In this document: piece after piece, positions 27,538 to 37,808 of the stretch
How the letters are laid out: the number at the start of each line of letters is the position of its first letter
Position numbering within the stretch: position 1 is the stretch's first letter
Source of the DNA: Rhodanobacteraceae bacterium
GTDB lineage: Bacteria; Pseudomonadota; Gammaproteobacteria; Xanthomonadales; Rhodanobacteraceae
DNA: 64,000 nucleotides
Assembly (NCBI GenBank): GCA_036279975.1
Contig: DASURP010000062.1
Coordinates: forward strand, 35,990-99,989
Direction of reading: 5' to 3'
The notes under the pieces: model-generated
The model's database searches: none
Seen by the model: the letters and a program-made list of their open reading frames with translations, nothing else
What the model was told of the DNA's origin: nothing
Translations under genes and position numbers: made by a program

Positions 27538-28635
27538 TCAGATGGCCCGGTCGGGGAACCATTTGCGCAAATGGCGCTTCAGGCCCAGGGCCGGCGCCTC
27601 CACCGCGTGCCACGAAAGCCACGCCAAGCCGGCCGTCACGAGGATCGACACAGCCACCGAGCCCCAGTAAGTCGAGCCACCGGGCCAGTAGCGGACACTG
27701 AGTTGTTGCACGAAGTACGCGTAGATGTAGATGCCGTACGACAGGTCGCCGAAACGGGATGCCGAGCGCACCCATGGCGTGCTCAGCGAACCCAGGAACA
27801 GGACCACGGGGGCAATCACGACCCATACCAGCAGGTCATCCTGGCCGGCGACCGACGAGCCAACCAGCAATGCCAGCCCGCCACAGCCCCAGGCGACAGG
27901 ATGACGTCGCAGCGTACCCACGAATTGGCGCGCACAAAGTCCCGACACGAAAAACCCCGTGCAGAGATATTTCAGGTGATGGAGGGCGTTCGCCTGGGCG
28001 TGGCCCGGCAGTGTCTGGAAGCACAAGAACCCGACCACGGCGAGGGCAAGCAGGGAAATCCAGCGCCGCCGCAGGCCGATGAGTCCCAGCAGCGCGATGT
28101 ACAAGTAACACTTGACCTCGAGTGGAATGCTCCACCAACTGCCATTGACGGCCACCATTGCCGGAGCAGTGCTCCCGGCGAACACGCCCGGCAGATCATA
28201 AACGACCTGCAACTGCAGGTTGCTCGCAATGAAGTGCCGGGTCGCGTGGCCAAAGTACCCATGTGGCGGCAGGGTCGAGACCAGGACCGCCGCCAGTGCG
28301 ATCACCAGGGTTGCCACCGCCAGTGCGGGCCAGATGCGCAGGAAACGCCGCAGGATGAACCGCACCAGATGCGGATCGCGGTACCAGCTGTCCGCGACCA
28401 GGAACCCGCTGATGACGAAAAACGCCATCACCGCGATTTCGCCCAGCGAGAAGCCTGCAAACAACGGCTGGGCCCTGCCTACGAAGAACAACTGGTGCGA
28501 GAAGATCACCGACAGCGCCGCAACGACGCGGATCGCATCGAAATTGTTGCTGCGCGCACCCGCGAGCGCCACCTCGCTCGTGGTTCCGGGTTCGGCCATC
28601 GAAGGCGCGGCTACGAGGTCATTGCTGGCTGACAT
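27538..28635 (-). CDS. Acyltransferase family 3 (OafA/YrhL-like) membrane protein
   Basis: Start reset to MSASNDLV (365 aa). NNFDAIRVVAALSVIFSH N-terminal motif and about 10 TM segments. Confidence 0.8.
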   Translation of the reverse strand: MSASNDLVAAPSMAEPGTTSEVALAGARSNNFDAIRVVAALSVIFSHQLFFVGRAQPLFAGFSLGEIAVMAFFVISGFLVADSWYRDPHLVRFILRRFLRIWPALAVATLVIALAAVLVSTLPPHGYFGHATRHFIASNLQLQVVYDLPGVFAGSTAPAMVAVNGSWWSIPLEVKCYLYIALLGLIGLRRRWISLLALAVVGFLCFQTLPGHAQANALHHLKYLCTGFFVSGLCARQFVGTLRRHPVAWGCGGLALLVGSSVAGQDDLLVWVVIAPVVLFLGSLSTPWVRSASRFGDLSYGIYIYAYFVQQLSVRYWPGGSTYWGSVAVSILVTAGLAWLSWHAVEAPALGLKRHLRKWFPDRAI

Positions 28636-28781
28636 GTTCTGGTCGTGCTGACGGCGCGGTGAATGAAAAGCACGTAGGCCGGGCTCCGCCCAACTCACAT
28701 TGACCGCCTGGCCCGGATGTCATCCCGGCTACCTCGCCGGCTGGTGGACCTGCGCGGTTTTTGCAGCCACGGCCCCGCGCA

Positions 28782-30821
28782 TCAAGCGCCCATCAGCGCC
28801 TTCGCCTTCGCGACCACGTTGTCCACGGTGAAGCCGTACTTTTCCAGCACCAGTTCGCCGGGCGCGGAGGCGCCGTAGCGGTTCACGCCGACGCCGGACC
28901 CGTGGTCGCCCACCCAGCGTTCCCAGCCCTGGCGGCAACCAGCTTCGACCACGAGGCGCGCGTGCACGGCGGGCGGCAGCACGGAGTCGCGATACGCCTG
29001 GTCCTGCCGTTCGAACAGTTCCCAACTGGGCATCGACACCACGCGCACGCGGGCGCCCTGGCCGGACAATTTTTCCGCGGCCTTCACGCACAGGTCCACC
29101 TCCGCCCCGGTACCGATCAGGACCAGCTGCGGTTCGCCCTCGCAATCCTTCAGCACGTAAGCGCCCTTGCGCAAACCTTCGGCGCCTGCGTAAACGTTGC
29201 GATCGAGCGTCGGCACGTTCTGGCGCGACAGCACGATCGCGGTCGGCCGGTCGGTGGTTTCGATCGCGACCTTCCAGGCCACCGCGGTTTCGTTGGCGTC
29301 GCCGGGACGGATCACGTCGAGGTTCGGCACCGAACGCAGGCCGGCGAGTTGCTCGACCGGCTCGTGGGTCGGGCCGTCCTCACCCACCGCGATCGAATCG
29401 TGGGTGAACACGTTGACCACGTGCAGTCCCATGATCGCGGCCAGCCGCATCGGCGGGCGCATGTAGTCGTAGAACACCATGAACGTGGCCGTGTACGGGA
29501 TGAACCCGCCGTGTGCGGCCAGACCGTTCGCGATCGCGCCCATCGCATGCTCGCGCACGCCGAAATGCAGGTTCCTGCCGGCGTAGTTCCAGACCTCGCC
29601 GACGTCGCCCTGCTCGTCCGGCTCCTTGCCGGGCGAGAACACGCCGAGGCCCTTCACCGCGGTGTGGGTGGATGGATCGAGGTCGGCCGACCCGCCGCTG
29701 ATCGCGGGCAGCTTCGGCGCGATCGCCGACAGCACCTTGCCGCCCGCGACGCGCGTCGCCATGCCCTTGGCGTCGGCCGGGAACACCGGCACGTCGGCGT
29801 CCCAACCGGTCGGCAACTTGCCGTCGAGGGAACCTTGCAATTCTGCTGCAAGTCCCGGAAAAGCCTTCGCATACTTGTTCCAGCGGCGCTTCCACCCGGC
29901 TTCCGCACCCTTGCCCTTTTTCCCGGCGCCGCGGAAATGCGCAAGCGCCTCTTCCGGCACCAGGAACGGCGGCTCGACCGGCCAGCCGAGTTTCCGCTTG
30001 GTGGCGGCGACGTTCTCGGCACCCAGCGGCGAGCCGTGCGCCTTGAAGCTGTCCTGCAGCGGTGAACCGTAGCCGATGTGGGTGCGCACCAGGATCAGCG
30101 AGGGCTGGTCCTTCCTGCCTTTCGCGCGCTTGATCGCCTTTTCGATGGCGGCCATGTCGTTGCCGTCCTCGATCGTCTGCACGTGCCAGCCATAGGCCTT
30201 GAAGCGCGCCGCGCGGTTTTCGGTGAAGGTGATGTCGGTACCGGCGGCAAGCGTCACGTAATTGTCGTCGTACAGACAGATCAGTTTGCCGAGCCTGAGG
30301 TGCCCGGCCAGCGAGGCCGCTTCGGACGCCACGCCTTCCATCAGGTCGCCGTCGCTGACGATGGCATAGGTGTGGTGATCGATTACCTTGTGACCGTCCC
30401 GGTTGTAGCGCGCGGCGAGCTGGGCTTCGGCCATCGCCATGCCGACGGCGTTGGCCATGCCCTGCCCCAACGGACCGGTGGTGGTCTCGACGCCAGCCGT
30501 ATGGCCGCGTTCCGGGTGGCCCGGCGTCTTGCTGCCCCACTGGCGGAACTGCTTGATCTCGTCCAGCGAAAGGTCGTAGCCGGTCAGGTACAGCAAGCTG
30601 TACAGCAACGCCGAACCGTGCCCTGCCGACAGCACGAAACGATCGCGGTCAGCCCAGTGCGGATTGGACGGGTGATGCTTCAGGAACTTCGTCCACAGCA
30701 CGTACGCCATCGGCGCCGCGCCCAGCGGCAGGCCGGGGTGGCCGCTGTTGGCCTTCTGGATCATGTCCACCGAGAGAAAGCGGATGGTGTTGACGCAGGT
30801 CTGGTCGAGGTCGGCTGCCAC
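28782..30821 (-). CDS. tkt: Transketolase
   Basis: Start reset to GTG 30821 ([30 protein letters not shown]) with an AGGGAG SD 9 nt upstream, 679 aa. The 85-codon N-terminal extension of the track ORF is rejected. Confidence 0.93.
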   Translation of the reverse strand: MAADLDQTCVNTIRFLSVDMIQKANSGHPGLPLGAAPMAYVLWTKFLKHHPSNPHWADRDRFVLSAGHGSALLYSLLYLTGYDLSLDEIKQFRQWGSKTPGHPERGHTAGVETTTGPLGQGMANAVGMAMAEAQLAARYNRDGHKVIDHHTYAIVSDGDLMEGVASEAASLAGHLRLGKLICLYDDNYVTLAAGTDITFTENRAARFKAYGWHVQTIEDGNDMAAIEKAIKRAKGRKDQPSLILVRTHIGYGSPLQDSFKAHGSPLGAENVAATKRKLGWPVEPPFLVPEEALAHFRGAGKKGKGAEAGWKRRWNKYAKAFPGLAAELQGSLDGKLPTGWDADVPVFPADAKGMATRVAGGKVLSAIAPKLPAISGGSADLDPSTHTAVKGLGVFSPGKEPDEQGDVGEVWNYAGRNLHFGVREHAMGAIANGLAAHGGFIPYTATFMVFYDYMRPPMRLAAIMGLHVVNVFTHDSIAVGEDGPTHEPVEQLAGLRSVPNLDVIRPGDANETAVAWKVAIETTDRPTAIVLSRQNVPTLDRNVYAGAEGLRKGAYVLKDCEGEPQLVLIGTGAEVDLCVKAAEKLSGQGARVRVVSMPSWELFERQDQAYRDSVLPPAVHARLVVEAGCRQGWERWVGDHGSGVGVNRYGASAPGELVLEKYGFTVDNVVAKAKALMGA

Positions 30822-30966
30822 GGTATTGGACTCCCTCAGGTTCTGGACGCGAATCCGCCTAGAATACCGGGCCGCTTCCGGCCTGTCCGCAGACTTGCGG
30901 CAAGTCACTGGGCACGCTAAACTTTCGCGCTTTGTTTCGGCTGGTTTGACCCCCAAGGAGTCCGCC

Positions 30967-31092
30967 GTGAAGGTGCTTTCGTCCCTGAAGTCCGCCAAAC
31001 AGCGGCACCGCGACTGCAAGATCGTGCGCCGGCGCGGCAAGGTGTTCGTGATTTGCAAGAGCAATCCGCGTTTCAAGGCAAGACAGAGATAA
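30967..31092 (+). CDS. rpmJ: 50S ribosomal protein L36, type B (non-zinc) form
   Basis: GTG start with AAGGAG 6 nt upstream. (M)[40 protein letters not shown], 41 aa, lacking the CxxC...CxxxH zinc ribbon of type-A L36. Confidence 0.9.
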   Translation: MKVLSSLKSAKQRHRDCKIVRRRGKVFVICKSNPRFKARQR

Positions 31093-31094
31093 CG

Positions 31095-31120
31095 AAAAGG
31101 CCGCTCCCAGCGGCCTTTTT
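31095..31120 (+). terminator. Rho-independent terminator after rpmJ
   Basis: GGCCGCT-CCC-AGCGGCC followed by TTTTT, 3 nt after the stop. Confidence 0.65.
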
Positions 31121-31202
31121 CGTGAACTGGCCCGCTGGCGCGTTCAGGTTGTTTTTGCTACAAAGGCACATCGGCGCACGGGGCGCCCGGGGAAGCACCG
31201 CC

Positions 31203-31526
31203 ATGAAACGCTTCGCTACCAGCTTGATCGCCGCCACGCTCGCGCTCGCTGCCGCGCCGTTGCTGCTGCCGACACCCGCCCATGCCGAAAGCCTGCGGAT
31301 GAAGGTGCAGCAGGAGCAGCGCATGAACATGCCCAAGCGGGGCATGACCATGGACCAGGTCAAACACGAGTACGGTGCGCCCCTGAAAGTGCTGCCGACC
31401 CGTGGTGGCAGCTCCAAATTCCAGCCGCCGATCCACCGCTGGGAGTACTCGAAGTACATCGTGTACTTCGAATACAGCCACGTGATCCATGCGGTGCTGC
31501 GCTCTCCCGGCCCGCACAGTTTGTGA
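31203..31526 (+). CDS. Small secreted protein of unknown function (107 aa)
   Basis: Start reset to MKRFATSLIAATLALAAAPLLLPTPAHA (signal peptide). The GMTMDQVKHEYGAP segment is reminiscent of SmpA/OmlA (BamE-like) folds; this is tentative. Confidence 0.5.
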   Translation: MKRFATSLIAATLALAAAPLLLPTPAHAESLRMKVQQEQRMNMPKRGMTMDQVKHEYGAPLKVLPTRGGSSKFQPPIHRWEYSKYIVYFEYSHVIHAVLRSPGPHSL

Positions 31527-31646
31527 GCGCGATCATCCCTGACCGTTGCCTAGCTCGATAATCCGGCGAGCATGGTTGGCCGGCGATCCCGATCGCCAGA
31601 ACGGCCTTCCATGGCCTGACTGTCCACAACAGCCGCTTCGAAACCA

Positions 31647-32687
31647 ATGCCTTCCATCGATTTGCGACTGCCAGCCGAATGGGAGCCGCAGTCCGCGGTT
31701 TTGCTGGCGTGGCCGCACGCCGGCACCGATTGGGCGGCGCGGCTGGACGCGGTGGAGGGCACCTGCGCCGCGCTGATCGCCGCGATCACCCGCCATGAAC
31801 CCGCCATCGTGTGCGTGCCCGACGCCGAAATCGGCGCGCATGCGGCGGAATGCCTGCGCGACGCGGGGGCGGGTCTCGCTCGCGTGCGGTTTGCCGAAAT
31901 CCCCTACAACGACACCTGGCTGCGCGACTCGGGCCCGATCACGTTGCACGATGGCGCCGATCGCTTCGTGCTGCTCGATTTCCGTTTCACCGGCTGGGGC
32001 GGCAAGTTCGAGGCTACCCAGGACGACGCACTCATCGCCAGGTTGATCGAACGCGGCGTATTCCGGCGCGACGCACGGCACCAACGCGTGGACTGGGCGC
32101 TGGAAGGCGGCGCGATCGAATCCGACGGCCGCGGCACGCTCCTCACCACATGGCGATGCCTGCATCAAAGGCACCCGGGACAGGCACGCGGGTTGATCGA
32201 ACTGACCCTGCGCAACGCCCTGTCCGCGCAGCGCGTGCAGTGGCTGGAGCACGGCTACCTGCAGGGCGACGACACCGATGCGCACATCGACACCCTCGCC
32301 CGCTTCGCCCCGGGCGACGCTATCGTGTTCCAGGCCTGCAGCGACTCCGGCGACGCGCACTATGCGGAACTCGGCGCGATGCGCCGCGAACTGGAAGCGT
32401 TGCGCACCGTCGCGGGCAAGCCGTACCGGCTGTTCGACCTGCCCTGGCCGAAACCGATCCTCGACGATGGCCGCCGGCTCGCGGCGTCGTATGCGAATTA
32501 CCTGATCGTCAACGGCGCGGTGCTGGTGCCGGCCTACGGCGACGCGGTGGACGACGCGGCCGCACAGACCATCGCGCTCGCACACCCCGGCCGCGAAGTC
32601 GTGCAGATCTCCTGCCGCCCGCTGATCTGGCAAAACGGCAGCCTGCATTGCATGACCATGCAGCTGCCCGCCGGCGTTCTGGCTTGA
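31647..32687 (+). CDS. aguA: Agmatine deiminase
   Basis: 346 aa: LPAEWEPQSAVLLAWPH...WLRDSGPI...DTDAHIDTLARF...GSLHCMTMQ (catalytic Cys). Confidence 0.9.
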   Translation: MPSIDLRLPAEWEPQSAVLLAWPHAGTDWAARLDAVEGTCAALIAAITRHEPAIVCVPDAEIGAHAAECLRDAGAGLARVRFAEIPYNDTWLRDSGPITLHDGADRFVLLDFRFTGWGGKFEATQDDALIARLIERGVFRRDARHQRVDWALEGGAIESDGRGTLLTTWRCLHQRHPGQARGLIELTLRNALSAQRVQWLEHGYLQGDDTDAHIDTLARFAPGDAIVFQACSDSGDAHYAELGAMRRELEALRTVAGKPYRLFDLPWPKPILDDGRRLAASYANYLIVNGAVLVPAYGDAVDDAAAQTIALAHPGREVVQISCRPLIWQNGSLHCMTMQLPAGVLA

Positions 32688-32711
32688 CGATCACGTTGCA
32701 AGGCGCCTGCA

Positions 32712-32850
32712 ACGGCCCCACACTCGACATTCCGGGGCCGTTCCCGGCTTCTTCAGGAACGGAACCCGGAATCCATTTTCTGCATTCGCCGCATCGCGAA
32801 GAGCTGGATTCCGCTGTCGGATGAAGCTCGACGGTGGATCCGGAATGACG
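32712..32850. repeat. REP-like hairpin cluster between aguA and aguB (GGATTCCGG/CCGGAATCC family)
   Basis: ACGGCCCC...GGGGCCGT (32712-19 / 32734-41) and GGAATCCA...TGGATTCC (32768-75 / 32805-12). GTGGATCCGGAATGACG at 32834-50 resembles the arms of the repeat array at 60185-60263. Confidence 0.45.
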
Positions 32851-32903
32851 AAGTCGCGATAGCCCCCCCGGATGAAGTTGCACGATTGCCCTGTCCACTT
32901 GCC

Positions 32904-33791
32904 ATGAATCGAACCCTCAAAGCCGCCCTGCTGCAGGAAACCGACCGTGGCAGCGTCGACGCCAACCTCGACGCGATCGAGGCGGGCCTGCGCGCGGCCG
33001 CGAAGGCCGGCGCACAACTGGTGCTGCTGCAGGAGATCCACAACGGCCCGTACTTCTGCCAGCACGAGTCGGCGGAGGAATTCGAACGCGCCGAACCGAT
33101 CCCCGGCCCGTCCAGCGAGCGCCTCGGCAAACTCGCGGCCGAACTGCAGCTGGTGGTGGTCGCGTCGCTGTTCGAACGCCGCGCGGCCGGGCTGTACCAC
33201 AACACCGCAGTGGTGTTCGACCGTGCCACGGTGATCGCGGGCAAGTACCGCAAGATGCACATCCCCGACGATCCGGCCTACTACGAGAAGTTCTATTTCA
33301 CGCCGGGCGACCTCGGCTTCCACCCGATTGCAACATCGGTCGGCAAGCTCGGCGTGCTGGTCTGCTGGGACCAGTGGTACCCGGAAGCCGCACGCCTGAT
33401 GGCGCTGGCTGGCGCCGAGTTGCTGCTCTATCCCACCGCGATCGGCTGGGACCCGGCCGACCCGCAGGACGAAAAGGATCGCCAGCGCGAGGCGTGGATC
33501 ACCGTGCAGCGCGGGCACGCGATCGCCAACGGCCTGCCGCTGCTCGCCTGCAACCGCGTCGGTTTCGAGCCGGCCCCCGACGGGGAAGGACGCGGCGCGC
33601 AATTCTGGGGCTCCAGTTTCGTCGCCGGCCCACAGGGCGAAATCCTCGCGCAGGCTGGCATGGACAAACGTGAATTGCTGGTCGCCGACATCGACCTGGC
33701 CCGCAGTGAAACCGTGCGCCGCATCTGGCCGTTCCTGCGCGACCGCCGCATCGATGCCTACGGCGATTTGACCAGACGCTTTCGGGATTAG
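32904..33791 (+). CDS. aguB: N-carbamoylputrescine amidase
   Basis: Start reset to MNRTLKAALLQ (295 aa). Nitrilase-superfamily E/K/C context: LLQE, YRKMHIP, VLVCWDQWYPE. Confidence 0.9.
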   Translation: MNRTLKAALLQETDRGSVDANLDAIEAGLRAAAKAGAQLVLLQEIHNGPYFCQHESAEEFERAEPIPGPSSERLGKLAAELQLVVVASLFERRAAGLYHNTAVVFDRATVIAGKYRKMHIPDDPAYYEKFYFTPGDLGFHPIATSVGKLGVLVCWDQWYPEAARLMALAGAELLLYPTAIGWDPADPQDEKDRQREAWITVQRGHAIANGLPLLACNRVGFEPAPDGEGRGAQFWGSSFVAGPQGEILAQAGMDKRELLVADIDLARSETVRRIWPFLRDRRIDAYGDLTRRFRD

Positions 33792-33800
33792 GGCCGCGCC

Positions 33801-35042
33801 TTGAACGATTCGACCACGCCGGTGGCTGCCACCGACGCAACCAGCGACCCCCTGCACGACCAGCCGCTGGCGCGGATCGAACGCGACGGCATCGAATACG
33901 TATTGCTGGGTACCGCGCACGTGTCGCGCACCAGCGTCGATGCGGTGAAGGCGCTGGTCGAACGCGAAGCGTTCGATGCGATCGCGGTCGAGTTGTGCGA
34001 AAGCCGCGCGCGCGGCATGCGCGACCCCGAAGCCTTCGCGAAAATGGACCTGTTCTCGGTGATCCGCACCGGCAAGGCCGGCATGGTGTTCGCATCCCTG
34101 GCGCTGTCGTCGTTCCAGCAGCGCATCGCCGAGCAGTACGGCATCGAGCCCGGCGCGGAAATGAAGGCCGCGATGGCCGCCGCCGACGCGCGCGGCATTC
34201 CGCTGTGGCTGGTCGATCGCGAGATCGGCACCACCCTCAACCACGCCTATCGCGGCGTGCGTTTCCGCGACCGCATGGGCATCGTCGGCGGCCTGCTCGC
34301 CAGCGTGTTCTCGGGCGACGACATCGACGAGGCCGAGATCGAAAAACTGAAACAGGGCGACATCCTGGAAGGTGCGTTCGGCGAATTCGCAAGGGAATCG
34401 AAACCCCTCTACGACGCCCTGATCAGTGAGCGCGACACCTTCATGGCCGCGCGGTTGCGTGAGGAGTCCGCGCAGAATCCCGGCGTAAAGCGCGCACTGG
34501 TGGTGATCGGCGCCGGCCACCTGGCCGGCATCGGGCGCGAGCTTGCCGCCCAGACCGAACCGCCGCGCGGCATCGTCGAACCACTGGCCGCCAAGCTGCC
34601 GGCGCCGAAATGGCCGAAGTACTTCGCGATCGGCGTGATGCTGGCGATCTTCGCGATGATCGGATACCTGTTCTGGCACAACGCCGCGACCGGCTGGCAC
34701 GCGCTGCGCGACTGGGTGATCTACACCGCCGCGCTGAGCGCCGTCGGTGCCGCCGTCGCCGGCGGGCATCCGCTGTCGGTGCTGACCGCCGCGGTGATGG
34801 GACCGTTGAAACCCGTGCGCCCGCCCGGACTGTCGTCCGGCGTGTTCTCCGGCATGGTCGAGGCCTGGTTGCGCAAACCGCGCGTCGCGGACTTCCAGTC
34901 GTTGCGAAAAGACCTGCTGCATGTCTCGGGCTGGTGGCGCAACCGCGTCGCGCGCACCCTGCTGGTGTTCATGCTCACCAACCTCGGCACCATCGCCGGC
35001 GAATACCTCGCCGGCATCCGCATCTTCAGCCGTTTGTTGTAG
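33801..35042 (+). CDS. TraB/GumN-family protein
   Basis: 413 aa with a TTG start per the track. YVLLGTAHVSRTSVDAVKALVE...AIAVELC N-terminal TraB signature and C-terminal TM segments. Confidence 0.8.
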   Translation: MNDSTTPVAATDATSDPLHDQPLARIERDGIEYVLLGTAHVSRTSVDAVKALVEREAFDAIAVELCESRARGMRDPEAFAKMDLFSVIRTGKAGMVFASLALSSFQQRIAEQYGIEPGAEMKAAMAAADARGIPLWLVDREIGTTLNHAYRGVRFRDRMGIVGGLLASVFSGDDIDEAEIEKLKQGDILEGAFGEFARESKPLYDALISERDTFMAARLREESAQNPGVKRALVVIGAGHLAGIGRELAAQTEPPRGIVEPLAAKLPAPKWPKYFAIGVMLAIFAMIGYLFWHNAATGWHALRDWVIYTAALSAVGAAVAGGHPLSVLTAAVMGPLKPVRPPGLSSGVFSGMVEAWLRKPRVADFQSLRKDLLHVSGWWRNRVARTLLVFMLTNLGTIAGEYLAGIRIFSRLL

Positions 35043-35100
35043 GTTCGGGACGGCGCACTCAAGCCATGCAATCATCCACGCACCCATAGGGAGAAACACC

Positions 35101-35586
35101 GTGAACGCAAAGATCCTGGCATTGACAGCCGTTGCTGCATTCGTCGCAATCCAGCCCGGCCACGCACGCGCGGCACCGGAAGAGGATCTTGCGCAATGCC
35201 TGGTGACTCACACCAGCGACACCGATCGCACGTTGCTGATCGAATGGATCTTCGCGCAGTTCTCCCTGGCACCCAGCGTGGCACCGATGGCGAAGATCTC
35301 GCCGGCGCAACGAACCGACCTGGACAAGCGGACGGGTGCGTTGATGACGCGGCTCATCGCTACGGACTGCCCAGGCCAGATGCGCTCGGCCTACATTGCC
35401 AACGGCAGCGTGGCCGTCCAGTCGGCATTCCAGGTACTTGGCCAGACGGCAGCGCGCGGTCTGATGCTCGATCCCGGCGTCCAGCAGGGCATGCGCGGAT
35501 TCTCCAAGTACGTCGACCAGGCCAAGGTGGATGCCGCGCTGGCCAAGGCGCCGGGCCCGGCACCACCCTCCAGCACCGGCCACTGA
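35101..35586 (+). CDS. Secreted hypothetical protein (161 aa)
   Basis: GTG start preceded by AGGGAGAA. Signal peptide VNAKILALTAVAAFVAIQPGHARA. No recognisable domain. Confidence 0.5.
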   Translation: MNAKILALTAVAAFVAIQPGHARAAPEEDLAQCLVTHTSDTDRTLLIEWIFAQFSLAPSVAPMAKISPAQRTDLDKRTGALMTRLIATDCPGQMRSAYIANGSVAVQSAFQVLGQTAARGLMLDPGVQQGMRGFSKYVDQAKVDAALAKAPGPAPPSSTGH

Positions 35587-35609
35587 TCCACCCGCGGACG
35601 CCACGCAGG

Positions 35610-36374
35610 TCAGTGGGCCTGGGTGACCCGTGGCCAGTACGCACTGTCCGGCGTGGCACGCGCGCCGAAGATCGCCTGCCCCACGCGGACGATCGTCGCG
35701 CCTTCCTCGATCGCGAGTTCGTAGTCGCCGGACATGCCCATCGATAGCTCGTCCATCGCGATGCCTTCCGGTGCCGATTGACGCAGGCGATCGCGAAGCT
35801 CGCGCAGGTGCACGAAGCACGGACGCACCTTCGCCTCATCGTCGGAAAACAGCGCCAGCGTCATCAGGCCGCGCACGCGAAGCGATGAAAACGCAGTCAA
35901 TTGCTTGACGAACGCTTCCGCTTCATCCGGCGACAGGCCGAACTTGCTTTCTTCATTGGACGTGTTGACCTGCACCAGCACATCAAGCGAGCGGCCCAGC
36001 GATTGCAACCGCCTGTCCAGCGCTTCGGCCACGCGCAGGCTGTCCAGCGCCTGGAATTCGGATGCGAATTCGGCGACCAGCTTGGCCTTGTTGGTCTGCA
36101 AGTGACCAATGAGCGACCAGCTCAAATCCGGTAAATCCGACATTGCCTGCCACTTGCGGTGCGCTTCCTGCACCTTGTTTTCGCCCAGTATGCGGCAGCC
36201 CGCGGCATAGGCGTTGCGCAGCCTCGCTTCCGGGACCGTCTTGCCGACCGGCAACAGGCGCACCGTGGCGGGCTCGCGACCGGCGCGCTTGCAGGCAGCC
36301 TCGATGCGTGTGTGCACGTCCGCCAGATGCTGGCGGAATTCCTCGACGGTGTTGGCGGTGGTGTACGTGGTCAT
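35610..36374 (-). CDS. yggS: YggS-family pyridoxal-phosphate homeostasis protein
   Basis: Start reset to MTTYTTANTVEEF (254 aa): LLPVGKTVP, GENKVQE, IGHLQTNKAK, LSMGMSGDYELAIEEGAT.VRVG. Confidence 0.9.
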   Translation of the reverse strand: MTTYTTANTVEEFRQHLADVHTRIEAACKRAGREPATVRLLPVGKTVPEARLRNAYAAGCRILGENKVQEAHRKWQAMSDLPDLSWSLIGHLQTNKAKLVAEFASEFQALDSLRVAEALDRRLQSLGRSLDVLVQVNTSNEESKFGLSPDEAEAFVKQLTAFSSLRVRGLMTLALFSDDEAKVRPCFVHLRELRDRLRQSAPEGIAMDELSMGMSGDYELAIEEGATIVRVGQAIFGARATPDSAYWPRVTQAH

Positions 36375-36433
36375 GCAGCCATTGTAAGCGACCGGATTTT
36401 CCTGGCCGGCGTCCGCGCGCGTATGCTGGCCGG

Positions 36434-37018
36434 GTGAATGCGCGCAACCAGTCAGGCGGCACGCCATGGCCCGAAACGCTTTGGACCATCGGCCATTCCA
36501 CGCGCAGCCTCGGGGAGTTCCTCGCGCTGTTGCAGGAAAACGGCATCGAGGCGCTGGCCGACGTGCGCCACTTCCCGGGCTCGCGCAAGTACCCGCACTT
36601 CAACGTCGAACCGTTGCGGCGCGCCCTCGGCGAGGCCGGCATGGCCTACGCGCCGTTCACCGAACTCGGCGGGCGCCGCAAGCTGCGGCCGGACTCACCC
36701 AACACTGCCTGGCGGCACCCGGCGTTCCGCGGCTACGCCGACTACATGGAAACCGCGGCTTTCCACGAGGGCATCGAGCGCCTCAAGCGGCTGGCGACGA
36801 CGCAACGCACCGCGATCATGTGTGCCGAAGCGGTGTGGTGGCGCTGCCACCGCGGCCTGGTCTCGGACGTGTTCAAGCTGCACGGCACCCGCGTGTTGCA
36901 CATCACCGGGCCGGGCACGCCGCACGAGCATCCGTATACGTCCGCGGCGCGGATCGTGGATGGAAGGCTGGATTACACCGGCGGCCAACCCGATTTGCCG
37001 ATGACCACGTCGCCCTGA
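36434..37018 (+). CDS. DUF488-family protein
   Basis: In the frame of track ORF 36143..37018. TLWTIGHSTRSLGEFLALLQENGIEALADVRHFPGSRKYPHF...MCAEAVWWRCHR is the DUF488 pattern. GTG start is tentative. Confidence 0.7.
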   Translation: MNARNQSGGTPWPETLWTIGHSTRSLGEFLALLQENGIEALADVRHFPGSRKYPHFNVEPLRRALGEAGMAYAPFTELGGRRKLRPDSPNTAWRHPAFRGYADYMETAAFHEGIERLKRLATTQRTAIMCAEAVWWRCHRGLVSDVFKLHGTRVLHITGPGTPHEHPYTSAARIVDGRLDYTGGQPDLPMTTSP

Positions 37019-37128
37019 CGCGCCTTGCCGGGCACTTGTCCGCGGCGTCGCCGAGGCATAGCGTGGCAGTCGACCGGGGCCCCTTCCCGGACGTCCCGGC
37101 CACGTACTCCGTCGCAAGGAGGTGGCTC

Positions 37129-37782
37129 ATGACGTCGTTGGCAACCGATCGTCCGTTCGAATGCGCGCCGCACGCGATCCGTACTTTCGCGATGGCGCTG
37201 ACCCTGGGCATGAACCTGGCCATCGTGCTGTTCGCGCTGCGGCCGACCACGCAATTCGAGATCCAGGCCCCGCCGCCCGCATCGCTGCTCGCCACGATCC
37301 TGCAACCCGTGCCGCCCACCCCGCCGTCGCCGACGGTACCGACGCTGCACGCGGTGAAACGCGTAGCCAGGCCGAACGTGGAAGTCGCCGCCCCGCATCC
37401 TGCACCACTCACGGTCCAGGTGACGCAACCGCTGACGCCGGTGCAAGTAACCGCGGCCGCGGCTCCGGTTGCCGCGAACCCGGCTGGTGCGAGCGGCAAC
37501 AGCGACGCCACCATTGCCTACGAAACCGCGACGCCGCCCGATTATCCGATCCAGGCACTGCGCGCCGGCATGGAGGGCACGGTGCTGCTGAAGGTGCTGG
37601 TGGACACGCACGGCAAGCCGGAACGGGTCGTGGTCTCGCGCAGCAGTGGCTCGCGCGTGCTCGACGAAGCGGCGCTCCGGCATGTGCTGGCGGCGTGGCG
37701 ATTCCACCCCGCCATCCGTGACGGCCATGCAATCGAGGCATGGGCGCTGGTGCCGGTGCGCTTCGACCTGCAGCGCCGATAG
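37129..37782 (+). CDS. TonB-family energy transducer (orphan, no exbBD nearby)
   Basis: Last 217 aa of track ORF 36466..37782, with AGGAGG upstream of the ATG. N-terminal TM, Pro-rich spacer, and C-terminal YP..A...G.EGTVLLKVLVDTHGKPERVVV..SSG...LDEAAL TonB_C motif. Confidence 0.75.
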   Translation: MTSLATDRPFECAPHAIRTFAMALTLGMNLAIVLFALRPTTQFEIQAPPPASLLATILQPVPPTPPSPTVPTLHAVKRVARPNVEVAAPHPAPLTVQVTQPLTPVQVTAAAAPVAANPAGASGNSDATIAYETATPPDYPIQALRAGMEGTVLLKVLVDTHGKPERVVVSRSSGSRVLDEAALRHVLAAWRFHPAIRDGHAIEAWALVPVRFDLQRR

Positions 37783-37808
37783 CGCTCCCCGCTCGCGGCC
37801 GCAGGCCG

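Noticed and set aside
22146-28635. Genomic island / mobile element spanning the accessory-looking genes
   Set aside because: There is no integrase, transposase, tRNA target, flanking direct repeats or obvious compositional shift. Only the synteny argument (ffh-ypjD) supports insertion of the sdpRI-hydrolase trio.
30822-30966. Zur box upstream of type-B L36
   Set aside because: No AT-rich palindrome of the GTAATGATAAT/ATAACAT type is present, and the region is uniformly GC-rich.
36466-37128. 438-aa ORF 36466..37782 as one gene
   Set aside because: Its first 221 codons are an alternative frame of the DUF488 gene, with Arg/Pro/Ala-rich translation. The TonB-like part begins at an ATG with AGGAGG at 37129.
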